A DNA stretch of 64,000 nt from Antedon mediterranea (Eukaryota > Animalia > Echinodermata), in assembly GCF_964355755.1 (NCBI RefSeq), contig NC_092675.1, positions 11,589,812 through 11,653,811 on the forward strand. Direction: 5' to 3'. Below the pieces are notes generated by a model. That model was not told the DNA's origin, searched no databases, and worked only from the letters and a program-made list of their open reading frames with translations. Shown one piece after another: positions 13,459 to 26,625 of this stretch. The number at the start of each line of letters is the position of its first letter. The first letter of the stretch is position 1. A program made the translations under genes and the position numbers.

Positions 13459-16400
13459 TAATAAAGATTTTGTACAATAACAATAGGTGATCATTTTATT
13501 CTAAATGATCAGGTGATCATTTTATTCTAAATGATCACCTAATAAAGATTTTGTACAATAACAATAGGTGATCATTTTATTCTAAATGATCACCTAATAA
13601 AGATTTCATACAATAACAATAGGTGATCATTTTATTCTAAATGATCACCTAACTAGAATTTAATTCGTCACTTTGACGAATTATAGGTGATCATTTTTAT
13701 CATTTTAATGAAATTAATTTTTTTTAAACATGTACGTACGTTAACATACGATAGGAAAATGTTGATGTATGCCATCCTATTATACGCTTTTAGTGCTGAG
13801 TTATGCCTATTATATGCCATATACAATGTACAGTATATACTGTATATCTATATACAGTGTAGCATAGGTGAAATTATGGGACACACATCAAGTTCTAATT
13901 TTTTGGTATGATGCAATTATCAAAATAAACTCGAAGATGACAATTTCGAAAGATAATGAATTGAGCAAATAAATATAAGGATTGGAAGAGAATTTGACAC
14001 GCAGAAGCGCAATGCGCGCTCTTTGAAATTTGTATAACTTCGACTAAAGAAATTTAAAAACTACTTTTTAACTTCAACTGGCCATATGATAACATCACAA
14101 CATCCGATAGGCCTAATTTTTATATGAATTCATATCTACATTTCATCAGCTTTCATAATAAATTATAATCTTCAAGGTCACCTTTAATTCTGAGGAGCTA
14201 TAAGATATTCAAATGTATGGTGTAGCTGAAATTACATGACCTAGGTTATTCAAGTTTTTACGCGTGATGCCGTCATCAAAATAAAAATGTTGACAACTTA
14301 TGAGAAAGATAATTAATTGAGCAAGCACATACTAAAATGTGTGCGAAAATCGGGGTCAAATAACGGAGATGTGCTCTATTGAATGTGATAACCCACACAA
14401 AAAGATAATAATTACTAATTTTTAAATTCAAGTGGCCATTTGATGACGTCATACCATTTTGTACGTCTAATATGTATATATATTTATATCTACAACTTAT
14501 TGGCTTCCATAATAAGTTAAAACAATTGGGGGTCACCTGCCATTCTGAAGAGTTATATTCATTTTAAAAAGGCCTTATTTTTTACCATTTTTAGCACTTT
14601 TGTACAATTAATGTGCGGATTTTGTCATTTTTAACGTGCTCGTATAGCGTTATTTTAAGTCGGAATGGACTCAAAGTCGGAGAATGTACTAAGGATTGTG
14701 AGTAGAATATGATGTATACATCAAATTTTATTTTTTACCTTTTTTAAAAATCGCGTGCGCAAAAATGTGTTTTTGCGCAGTAATTTTTTTAAACACGCAA
14801 ATGGCCTATTTCATGCTCTAAATTGATAAAAACTAAATTTTGAGCTTTTTAAAATTTCAACGCGCGATTTCACGCGCATGACCTTGAAACACCCGAGTTT
14901 TTATTTGCTAATATTTTTTACCTTGACCTCAAGTTTACGTGTAGTGATTTTCATTAATATGTGATAATGAATTATGGAGATATGATTGATAATGTGATTT
15001 CACAAAATGGCGTATACGTGACGTCACGGATGAGTGATCACGCTGAAAAGCTTATTAGGACTAAGTTAACGTATTTGAAAGACATTGTGAAATTTTGGTA
15101 ATCATTAACATTAAACTTTTTGAGATATTTGTTACACAAAATCTGTACAGAGAGAAATAAATAATAAGAATAAGAAGAATAAAGATTTCATACAATAACA
15201 ATAGGTGATCATTTTATTCTAAATGATCACCTAATAATAAAGATTTTGTACAATAACAATAGGTGATCATTTTATTCTAAATGATCACCTAAAAAAGATG
15301 ATGAAACAGGACAGTTACAAGGAGTTATCCGCTGAATGCGGATAACTAAAAAAAAAACTAGACATGAAACTCGTCACTTTGACGAGTTAGTTATCCGCAC
15401 GACAAACGCCACGTGCACGTCATACTCGTTGGAATTTTGCACACAGAAAAAGATAATGGCATTATGACCTGATCTGATCTGAAGAATATGATATGTTGTT
15501 AGTGCTGAATTCTGTCAATTTTGTATCATAGTATCAGTATAAACAGTATAATCTGTATACATATTACATACAGTGTAGAATAGGTGAAATTACGGGACCC
15601 GTCATTTATACCATTTTTTAACATGGCGACGGTATCAAAATGAAACACTAAAATAACAATTTCGGAAGGATATTATCTCAGCAACAACATATTAACCTGT
15701 AGAAGAAATTTGGATACGTGAAATATAGATGCGCGCTCTTTTAAATGTGATGAACTATGACGCAAAATATAAAAATACAACTTTTTTTATTCAACTGGCC
15801 ATATGATGACGTCACTACATCTGATTGGCAAAATGTTTACATGAATTCGTATCTACAATCCAATAGCTTCCAAAAAACGTTTTAATCGTGATTATCACAT
15901 TTTATTCTTACGAGCTATAACAGATTAAAATTTACTGTAAAGATGAAATTAATGACCCACGTAATTAAAATTTTTAGGCATGATGACGTCATCAAAATTA
16001 AAATATGTTTAACTCATGCGAAAGATAGTTGATTGACCTAGACAATGTTAAAATCTCGGTGAAAATGGAAGATGGATAAGCGTGATGCGCTCCATTGAAT
16101 GTGATGAGCAATAACTAAAGAGACAAAAATCCTATATTTTACATTTGTGTGTCCATATGATGACGTCACAACATCCGTGAAGAAAAAATTCTGCATGAAT
16201 TCATATCTACAACATAACTGCTTTCATATTAAATTAAAAAAATCAGGGGTAACGGTTGATCCTGAGGAGCTATAATAGATTCAAAATAGGCATAATTTTG
16301 ACAATATTTTGTAACTTTTGCAACTACAACGCACGCAAATGGTCTAAATCAACGTGTACGTATGACGTCATTTTAATTTGAAATGATGTTAATCTTTTTA

Positions 16401-18592
16401 AAAATGACTAGGAAAGGCTGGAAAATCACAATTTAATAGAAAAAAACATGATTTTCATGCTGCGTGCGCACTGCACGTGTAAAATTGTTCGCGTGCGCGG
16501 GAAATTTTGACATGCGCAAAATGTCATGAATGGCGTAAAAAGTTGATTAGAAATTAATTTTGCGCATTTTAAAATTTTAAATGCACGTGCGCGCGTAACT
16601 TCTTGTAAAACATGCCATTTTTAATTAACAGAAAGATTGCCCTTGATATGACTTAAATTTTCAGAAATTGTAAAAAAAAAAATTATGCTTGGTTTTTAAT
16701 CTAAGATCAATCATAAAAAATCATAAAATCGCGCGTAAGTCACATTGCGCAACTCTGACGTCATTCAAAATAGGAGGTGCACAACTTCACATAAATGCCC
16801 ATGTTTTGACAAAGTTATGAAATGTTATGTTTACCCATTTCAGAGAAACGCGTCTCACAAAAAGGAAGGAAAGAAAGAAGAACTAGACATGAAACTCGTC
16901 ACTTTGACGAGTTAGTTATCCGCACGACAAACGCCACGTGCACGTCATATGTTAGAATATTGCACACAGAAAAATATTAAGGCATTATGACCTGAACTGA
17001 AGAATATGATATGTTGTTATTTCTGAATTCTGTTATTTTGTGTCATATAGTATACACAGTACAATCTGTATACATATATCACAAACAGTGTAAAATAGGT
17101 GAAATTACGGGACCGGTATTTTATTGTAATTTTTAACATCTTGACGGTTTCAAAATGAAATGCAAAAGTAGAAATTTCAGAAGGAAATTATCTCAGCAAC
17201 AACATATTAACGTGTAGAAGAAATTTGAATACGTGAAATGTTGATGCGCGCTCTTTTAAATGTAATGAAATATAACGCAAAAGATGAAAATACGACTTTT
17301 TTTATTTAACTGGCCATATGATGACGTCACAACATTCGATTGGCACAATTTTTACATGATTTTGGATCTACAATACAATAGCTTCCTGAAAACGTTTTAA
17401 TCGTGATTATCACATGTTATTCTTACGAGCTATAACAGATTAAAATTTACTGTAAAGATGAAATTAATGACCAACGTAATTTAAATTTTTAGGCATGATG
17501 ACGTTAAAAAAATTAAAACAATTTTAATTCATGCAAAAGATAGTTGATTGACCTAGAATATATTAAAATCGGGGTGAAAATGGACAACGAATAAGTGGAG
17601 ATGCGTTCTATTAAATGTGATGAGCTATGACGAAAGAGACAAGAATCATATATTTTATATTCGCGTGGCCATACGATGACGTCACAATGTCCGGTTAGCC
17701 ATATTAATGCATGATCCAATATCTACAACTCATCAACTTCCAGAATATGTAATTAAAAAAAAGTTCTCCACGTAGTTTAGAATCTATGAATGTTTAAAAA
17801 AAGGCTTAATTTTGACGAATTTTGACAAATTTTTGAACTTTTTCATCAAAAACGCACGTAAATTATCCAATTGGATGTGCCCGTATGACGTAATTTTAGG
17901 TCAAAATTGTTCAAAAGTTGGTAAAATTACTAGAAAAGACTGGAAAAACATGAATCACGGGGAAAAATTTATTTTCAACGCTACGTGCGCACCGTGCGAG
18001 TAAAAATATGCGCGCGCGTGGGAATTTTTGACATGCTCAAAATGACATGAAACGCGTAGAAAGTTGATTAGAAATTGATTTTTCGCATTTTGAAATTTTA
18101 AACGCCCGTGCGCGCGTAACTTCGTGTGAAACATGCCATTTTTTTTCCACATTCAGTTAGCGCAAGATATAAATTAAACTTCTGTTAAGTTTCAATTTAA
18201 ATTGCTATATGGTTTTCGATCTATGTTAAATACGCGAAATTCGTTAAAACGCGCGTAAATCACGTTGCGCTATTCTGACGTCATTCACAATAGGAGGTGC
18301 ACAATTTCACGTGAATGCCCACATGTTGACAAAGTTATAAAATGTTTTGTTTACAAGTTTTTGAGATACGCGAGACACAAAATTGACAGAAAGAAAGAAT
18401 AATACAGAAAAAAAAGATGATTTCATACAGTTACAAGGAGTTCGGATAACTAATAATACAGAAAAATATTGATCCAATACAATCACAAGGAGTTATCCGC
18501 TACTAAGCGGATAACTAAAAAAAAAAAAAAAGATGATGAAACAGGACAGTTACAAGGAGTTATCCGCCATGAGCGGATAACTAATAATACAG

Positions 18593-19026
18593 TGTGATAA
18601 TAACTCATACTATAGAGGTTATTATCCAGTAACCTTTTAGTTACTCCTCTTACAGTTATACATATCATATGGTACCATGTGGCCTAGAAAAAAAGCCCCA
18701 GACAAAGTTAACTAATTTTGTCTCAATTTTTGAAAAAGGCTAACTTATCAAACTACTTGGAATATTGTTGGCCAATCAGAAGTAAGGGTGGGTTTTTTAA
18801 ATAGTTAAGATGATATGTTTTAAGTTTAGTTTTAGTTTTGGCATGAAGGTGAACAGACACAGGCCAGCAAGAGCGCCTGTTCATTAAAGAAATATACTTT
18901 TACTTTAACTTTACTGCATTTTTGATGTTCATCTTTGTCTGATAACTTTAAATATTAAACCGCTCGGACGTTTCTCCTATATGACTATATAAGCAAACCG
19001 CTCGGACTCATGCGAAGCCCGTAACA
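18593..19026 (+). repeat. 5' LTR (434 bp)
   Basis: tgtgataataac...gcccgtaaca, directly repeated at 25214. Confidence 0.95.
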
Positions 19027-19040
19027 TGGTGGCAGCGGTG
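19027..19040 (+). promoter_or_regulatory. Primer-binding site, probably tRNA-Leu
   Basis: TGGTGGCAGCGGTG immediately after the LTR is complementary to the CACCGCTGCCA-CCA 3' end of metazoan tRNA-Leu. Confidence 0.75.
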
Positions 19041-19360
19041 CTGGAAACGTTTTTAACCCGTTACTATTAACATTAGACGAACTGTGCTGTGGTGGACCAC
19101 TTCACAAATTTTTTTATGGATTTGTTTGACTTGAATTTTGATCTGAAACAAGACTTTACCAACATTGTGGATGACATTGTTTTCATGCCAGAAACACAAA
19201 GGGAAGGAAAACTTTCTGTCAATATCATCAATGAGTTCCAAGTTAAAGGTACATTTTTCATTTTGTGGTAAAAGTTTGTGATGCACTATAGTTTAAGTTT
19301 TGTTATATATATCTTACTACGTCTTAAGTCATAGTCATTATATATTGTAGAAGTACATTA

Positions 19361-20653
19361 ATGCCTAAACATAAGTCAAGTAGGATCTTAAGATCTCAAC
19401 AAAGTTCCATAATGAATACCGATGAAGCACAAACTTCTCAGGCTGCTTCTCAAAATAGTACTGTTGTACCAGATATACCCGAAACCACTCAAAATACTGG
19501 TAACGAGACCGACATTCCGGATATGGTACTTGATAAAATTTCTGTAGAAATTGGGGGTCAAATGATTTTGATGCACATGCATGATTGGTTGGCCTATCAA
19601 AAAATCGAAATGGAAAAAGAAAAGTTAGAATTAGAACGGAAAAAGATTGAATATGATAGAGAGATTGCAAATAAGACATTAGCACGAGACGAAAATGTTG
19701 AAACTATAAGAGCTCAAATACAACGAGAGAGTAATGATGGTCATAGCACCACAAGTTCATATGCCTCCACAAAAATAGACCGATATAAACAAAAACTAAC
19801 TAATAATATCGATGCTGACGCTTATTTTACGGCATTCGAAAGTTATGCTAAAAGGGAACAATGGGAGGAATCCACTTGGGTTCGACGCATCTCCCAATGC
19901 ATTGGGGGAAAGGCTCGAGACGCCATGAATACCATCATGGACGTAAATTTTGATTACGAAACCCTAAAATGTACGATACTGGAAGTGTTTCAACTGACCC
20001 CAGAACATTACAGACAAAAATTTAGGAACTTAAAGCGAAATGACAATGAAAGCATACGTTCCTACATTACAAAGGTTGGGCATAATTTTGATTGTTGGGT
20101 GAGATACTCTGGCATTGCGGCTGATGATGCGGCAGGTATTTCGCAATTAATAATACGCGAACAGGTTTTAGAGAACATTCCCAATGATATGCGCCAGCAT
20201 TTACTTCAAAAGAAAGTATTAAATACAGCTGACTTTGCCAGAGAGGCGGAGGAGTATGCCAGCATAATACCTAATTATTGGCAACGCCATAAGCTAAATA
20301 ATAAGCAAATAGGCACAAATAGTCATTACAGACCGCAGCCCTACAATAGCAAACCACCAAGGTTTGACAGACCGACTTACAACAGGCCAAGGTTTAACCC
20401 GCCTCCTTCTGCACCAAATCACAGTGCATTTAACAGGCCGGCTACAAATCCACAAAATCAGCATCAATTTAGACCAAACTTTAATGCTAGCTATCAGCAA
20501 GATCTGAATTCATTAAACAGGCCATTTATTCCTCAACAACCTCCCCGATTTAGCAACAAACAAGGTCGGCAAAATCAAAATCAAAGACAAAAAAATCAAC
20601 GACCGCACGATTCCTTAAAGTGCATCACGGTGCATAGTGGCTCATCAAAGACT
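19361..20653 (+). CDS. gag: Gag-like region (coiled coil, capsid/SCAN-like region, N/Q/P/R-rich tail), interrupted by a MITE
   Basis: Motifs DAYFTAFE..A....W....W, YETLK..IL..FQLTPEHYRQKFR and IIREQ are typical of Gmr1/SCAN-related gag. The last ~14 aa of the listed ORF are MITE sequence. Confidence 0.85.
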
Positions 20654-20655
20654 TA

Positions 20656-21581
20656 CGCCCGTATTCTTAAACCGGACTTTAGTCGTAGTTCGAGCTAAAA
20701 CTAAAAAAATGACGTCATTTTAATTCATAAAACGAACTTCAACTAAATCACCGACTAAATCAGGCCAACCTCGACTAAATCAAGACGGATTTTGATCGAT
20801 TTTTTTAGTCCTGGAGGGGGCAGACTAAATGGTCGACTAAATGGTTTTTAAACGATGTTTATAAAAAACGTAACAGTCATTGAGTTGTTATATTGGCCAG
20901 ATATTGAAGAATGAAATATCTATATTTATATTAGCTTAATTAAATATACATTGGTATAAATTATAATAATGAAAATCATCTTTATTTACAACTGTATACA
21001 AATTACATTATTTTCTTCGCGCAAGTCCGACTTGAGCTACGTCACGCCATAGCGACAATGGGAGATGCGGCAATTCACCACGCGATGGAATGTTTAGGGG
21101 GCCTAGCGCTTTCTTGTCACGCTATGAAGTGCGTGGTTCGTGGCGATCATACTTTGTTGGGGCCTAGAAAATATAAAAGTTACCGTACCGCCATGGTTCC
21201 TAAATATATTTTTAAGATTTTATTTGTTGTTAATCAAATATACTTTACTGTTAAATTAATACTGATATTGTTCTAATAATTAACGATTAAAATTATTTTT
21301 CATGTATATAGTCCTGATGCGTAAAAAGTGTTGTAAGAAATGAAAAGTGATATCAATGCGCAAAATTTCGTCTGCTCCTCAAATACTCTCTTGTCATTGG
21401 CCAATGTATAGCCTTTGTTACCCAGACGTGTGCAACTCGACTAAAAGCTCGACTTCATTAAGTCGAACTGCAAACTTCGACTACTTCGTTTTTGAATCGA
21501 ATTTGAAGTAATAGCTCGAACTACGACTTTTCCAAGTCGAACTTCGAACTACGACTAAAGTCCGGTTTAAGAATACGGGCG
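20656..21581. mobile_element. Non-autonomous TIR element (PIF/Harbinger-like MITE) at the gag-protease junction
   Basis: ~38-bp perfect TIR cgcccgtattcttaaaccggactttagtcgtagttcga; flanks TTA and TGA. Removal restores in-frame K-T-E-P-L-N-K. Confidence 0.85.
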
Positions 21582-21582
21582 T

Positions 21583-24306
21583 GAGCCTTTGAACAAAGCT
21601 TTCTTAATTAATGGTATACTTGAGGGTAAAGCCATAACATTTTTGAGAGACACAGGATCGTCAATTACATTGATTGATAAACAGTTTATTCCCCAAAAGA
21701 GTCTCACAGGTTCGTATACCTTAGTCCGAGGCATAGGCCGCACTAACATAGAAATTCCTACCGCTGAGGTACATATTACCACAGAAAAAATACCTACTAC
21801 CAAAGTTATCGTTGGTGTAATAGAAGGCCTTGGTAGTGATGGTCTATTGGGCAATGATCTAGACCCAGAAAATAAATGGGACAAACCAAAAGATGTACTA
21901 GTAGTTACTAGAGCACAAACTCGTGTATTGCCCGAAATAAAAGCTCAGGATTGTATTAGACAATATCTTGAACAAAATCAAACAACATCAGAAAATGTGG
22001 CACTTAATTTCAAAGAATCACTTGATTACAATTTGCCAAACACACCAGAGGCAAAATCCTTGTTGCACAGCGACATTAAAGACTTGATAAAACTACAAGA
22101 AAAAGATGAAACATTGAAATTCATTCGAAGTGAGGTAAAAGATAAATCATGCACAAAAGATCAAGATGTCTGTTTTTATAAAGAAAATGGGATTATAATG
22201 AGAAAATGCCAACCACAGACACGTTTCCGCAAACAAATCGATGACCAAATAGTTGTACCACAGGAGTACAGAGAACACATTATAAATATAGCTCATGACA
22301 AAACTGGACATCTAGGTGTCCAAAAGACACAGGATAGGATAACCCAACATTTTTATTGGCCTGGAATAAACCATCAAGTTAGAGAACATTGTAAAACATG
22401 TCCTCAATGTCAGTATTTGACAAAAACAAAGAAACAAAAACAACTATTGCGACCATTACCAATCATTGATATTCCGTTTAAAAGAATTTGAATAGATATT
22501 GCAGGTCCATTTTGTGTTACAGAGGATGGAAATAGATATCTTTTAGTATTGTGCGACTATGCAACTAGATATCCAGAAGCCATTGCAATAACCGATCAAA
22601 CCGCGGTAACTGTAGCACAGAGTTTAATCACTGTATTTTCGAGAGTGGGTTTACCTAGTCAAATTATTCATGACCAAGGTACCAACTTCATGTCTCAAAT
22701 TATCGTAGAACTATGCAAAAAATTGAGAATTGAGAAAATTCCTACTACGCCTTATCACCAACAGACTAACGGACTTACGGAGCGTTTTATAGGTACACTG
22801 AAACTTATGATAAATTCGCTGTCTCATGTCCAACGAGAAAACTGGGATAGGTATATTCCATTGCTGTTATTCTCTTATAGAGAAGTACCGTGTGAATTCA
22901 CAGGATATTCACCATTTCACTTACTATATGGTAGACAAATAAGGGGTCCCTTAAGCTTAATTAAGCAAGGATTCCTTGGCGAGAACACTCAAACAGACAT
23001 ACCTTCACACTTGTTAGGGATAGCTCACAACTTAACTAAATGGATGGCTAGTGCAAATCACACTAAACAGAAAAAGCAACAGAAAATGAAATCTTATTAC
23101 GACAGAACTGCAAAAGATATACACTATAAAGTCGGTGAAGAGGTCTTAATTTTCCTCCCAGAAGGCGCGGGAAAGTTGGATTCGAAATGGCAAGGTCCAT
23201 ATAAAATCACTAAAACGGTTGGTGAGGTGGATTATGAAATACATATGCCTGATAAACGTAAATCTCATAGAATTATACATGCTAACTTAATCAAAAAATG
23301 GTACACACAAGAAGACGCTCGGCAAATATCTCAATGTTACTGTGTAACTGGGGTAATTCAAGAAATAGGCAATGAATCACTTGTTCAGCCTGTTGATTAT
23401 GATCTCGAAACACAATTTCTTGATGACAGTATAGGTCCATCCTATAAACAAACACAAACATGGAAAGATGTAAAAATTGCAGACTCCATTTCTACAAAAC
23501 AAAAACGGGAACTAACCAATACACTTAATACGTGGCAAGATCATTTAAATCATTTAGATATTGTATTAAGTAAAATTTCAGAAGCTGGTCTTACTATTAA
23601 GCCATCTAAATCGAAATTTGCTAACAGCACTGTAAACTACCTTGGACATACCATAGGGGATGGCCAAATAAAGCCTATGTTAGATAAGATAGAGTCGGTA
23701 GAGAAATTCCCTACCCCTCAAACTAAGAAGAATGTCAGGTCATTTTTGGGATTGACAGGGTATTATAGGAAGTTTATTCTACACTATGATGACATAGCAA
23801 GACCCTTGATAAACTTGACTAAAAAAGCCGAACCTAAGAGACTAAATTGGACGTCTGAGTGTGATAAAGCATTCACAGATTTAAAATCTCAGCTTATTGC
23901 TCACCCCATTTTAAGAGCACCAAACTTTGATAAACCATTTTTACTACAAACTGATGCATCGAAAACAGGAATTGGAGCTGTTTTAAGCCAGTTAGATAAT
24001 GATTATAATGAACATCCTATTGTTTACCCTAGTAAAAGGATGTTGCCCAATGAGTTAAATTATTCAGTTGCTGAACAAGAATGTTTAGCTATAGTATGGT
24101 CAATTAACAAGTTACGATATTACTTACAAGGGCACAAATTTACAGTTATAACTGACCACAAGGCGTTGAAATGGCTTGACAATACCCGCCATTCAAATAA
24201 TAGACTAATGAGATGGTCAATGACTCTACAACAATTTACTTTTGATATACAATACCGCAAAGGTATAACAAACACCAATGCTGACAGTTTGTCACGTCGA
24301 TGTTAG
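21583..24306 (+). pseudogene. pol: pol: aspartic protease, integrase, internally deleted RT, RNase H
   Basis: Protease LRDTGS. Integrase H..GH..C..C zinc finger and IDIAGP / HDQGTNF / NGLTERF DDE core. In-frame TGA at 22489-22491. RT lacks YxDD; only the thumb (TWQDHL..., SFLGLTGYYRKFI) remains. RNase H TDAS...TDHKAL...NADSLSR. Confidence 0.9.
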
Positions 24307-24512
24307 TAATTCAGGGAACATATGGTACATTGCATTATTTTAATTTATAGTTAAGTGAGTACACAAGCTTCATCAGCCCAAAATGTGTATGTTATAAGGA
24401 TTATCACAAATAATCCCACTTTATATAGTAAAATTAAGTATTAACATACAAACGAAAAGATTCTCACAAAGAATCTATATATATTGTGACCATTATAACA
24501 ATTGTGTCTAAT

Positions 24513-24545
<33 letters not shown>

Positions 24546-25203
24546 TATAATATCTATATTGTCGGTAAAGATTATATTTAGCATCACCAACTAACAATTG
24601 GCCAGAGCACTTCACAATATTGAAGGTTATTATGTACTACCAACTTATACTTGGTATTAGACACTTTACTGTATTGTAGTACATCTGATTTATTATGATA
24701 TTATATTATTTAAGATTTAGAATTAAGTATAAAGTGCATCTCGAACTGTTGCCATAAAGTGGTATGAATGTGACCATTAACCGTATCATCTTCTTTTATA
24801 CAAACTTTGAACACTGTGACCTGTTTATGAACTCTTACATTTATGATTGACAGCAGTACAACAGTGAAATGAGGAGCATTGAAGAAAAACTTTTATGTAA
24901 TTAATTTGATTGATATTTTATTTTTAACAGCGTGATTTTTGCAGAACTGCAGAACACTTTATGATTTTGAAGTTAAATTTAACACAGTGGACACCATACC
25001 ATTGATGAACAATAACTTGAACAATTGATGATAGAGCAGTAGAAATTATAAACACTGCATTTTTAATTTTAATACTGAAAGCTGAACATTTGAAACTACT
25101 TTGAACATTTTCAGTTTTATATTCTCATATTATATTGGTTTAGTTATTAAGTACTGTAGTTAAGGACATACTATTTTTAGAAGAGTGACACACTCTTTTA
25201 TTC

Positions 25204-25213
25204 AGTAGGGGGG
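25204..25213 (+). other. Polypurine tract
   Basis: agtagggggg directly before the 3' LTR. Confidence 0.8.
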
Positions 25214-25649
25214 TGTGATAATAACTCATACTATAGAGGTTATTATCCAGTAACCTTTAGTTACTCCTCTTGCAGTTATACATATCATATGGTACCATGT
25301 GGCCTAGAAAAAAAGCCCCAGACAAAGTTAACTGGTAATTTTGTCTCAATTTTTGAAAAAGGCTAACTTATCAAACTACTTGGAATATTGTTGGCCAATC
25401 AGAAGTAAGGGTGGGTTTTTTAAATAGTTAAGATGATATGTTTTAAGTTTAGTTTTAGTTTTGGCATGAAGGTGAACAGACACAGGCCAGCAAGAGCGCC
25501 TGTTCATTAAAGAAATATACTTTTACTTTAACTTTACTGCATTTTTGATGTTCATCTTTGTCTGATAACTTTAAATATTAAACCGCTCGGACGTTTCTCC
25601 TATATGACTATATAAGCAAACCGCTCGGACTCATGCGAAGCCCGTAACA
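25214..25649 (+). repeat. 3' LTR (436 bp)
   Basis: Copy of 18593-19026 with one substitution and two small indels seen by eye. Confidence 0.95.
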
Positions 25650-26109
25650 TACAGAAAAAAAAAAAAAAAAAGATGATGAAACAGGACAGTTACAAGGAGT
25701 TATCCGCCATAGTGCGGATAACTAATAATACAGAAAAAAAAAAAAAAAAAAAAGATGATGAAACAGGACAGTTACAAGGAGTTATCCGCCATAGTGCGGA
25801 TAACTAATAATAATAAAGATTTCATACAATAACAATAGGTGATCATTTTATTCTAAATGATCACCTAATTAAAATCATGTGGCTTGAAACAAATTTTTCT
25901 TTTGCATTACGAATGGAGTAACACTTTTAACAGATATTGAACAGAAGTGTTTTTTATCGATGTTTTTGTATGCGACACTATTTCGCTGTGCTCCACTGGC
26001 GCCATATTGGATCAATGGAGCACTATGTATTAACATATGAAAATATATTAACATTTCTTTTGAATTAAAAAAAGGACTTTTCGATTCAAAAATATTTGGT
26101 GCACACATT

Positions 26110-26625
26110 TTTTTCACGTGTTTTATGTTTTTCCAGCCTTTTCTCTAGTAATTTTACCAACTTTTAAACAATTTCGACTTACGAAAATTACGTCATACGA
26201 GCACGTCGATTTGGACAATTTGAGCGCGTTTTTGATGCAAATAGTTCAAAAAGTCGTCAAATTATGCTTTTTTTAAACAGTCATAGTTTCTAAACTAAAT
26301 GGTGAAAGTTATTTTTATTACATAATCATCTCCACTTATCCGTTTTCCATTTTTACCCAGATTTTGATATTGTCTAGGTCAATCAACTAACTTTCGCATG
26401 AGTTAAAAATATTTTAATTTTTATGACGTCATCATGTCTAAAAATGTAAATAACGTGAGTCACTTATTTTCATCTTTACAGTAAATTTCAATCTGTTATA
26501 CTTATAGCTCGTCATGAATAAAAAGTGAAGCTATTGGATTGTTTGTAGTACGAATTCTTGTGAATATTTTGCCAATCAGATGTTGTGACGTCATCATATG
26601 GCCAGTTGAATAAAAAAAGTCGTAA
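26110..26625 (+). repeat. Degenerate, inverted fragment of a B/C-type array body
   Basis: Reverse complement of array motifs, e.g. ttgtctaggtcaatcaacta, tgacgtcatcatatggccagttgaataaa, ttccagccttttct. Confidence 0.75.

Larger units (their letters stand above)
18593..25649 (+). mobile_element. Ty3/Gypsy LTR retrotransposon, Gmr1-like domain order, defective
   Basis: TG...CA LTRs at 18593-19026 and 25214-25649 are nearly identical. 5-bp TSD TACAG at 18588-18592 and 25650-25654. PBS and PPT present; gag, protease, integrase, partial RT and RNase H coding sequence. Confidence 0.95.
1..25867 (-). mobile_element. Nested/tandem array of ~1.5-kb non-autonomous Helentron/HINE-like elements (subfamilies A, B, C), with a Gypsy insertion at 18593-25649; begins upstream of the window
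   Basis: On + each unit starts ACTAG, then a hairpin (aattcgtcactttgacgaatt or aactcgtcactttgacgagtt) and a subfamily-specific subTIR. On - this reads subTIR, hairpin, CTAGT, the Helentron/HINE 3' end. Starts: 991, 2537, 4119, 5681, 8816, 10351, 13652 (A, taggtgatcatttt); 7195 (C, tggttatccgc); 11874, 15357, 16882 (B, agttatccgc). Bodies end in GAA/AAT microsatellite, followed by palindromic caps containing the same subTIR. Confidence 0.8.

Noticed and set aside
13408-13651. CRISPR-like short palindromic repeat clusters (also 15184-15348, 18416-18583, 25672-25867)
   Set aside because: No unique spacers, no cas genes, eukaryotic context; explained as stacked element caps
394-18668. Recurrent 60-86 aa ORFs in the array as a tandem gene family
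   Set aside because: Mostly non-ATG starts, broken by indels and stops in sister copies, no recognisable domain
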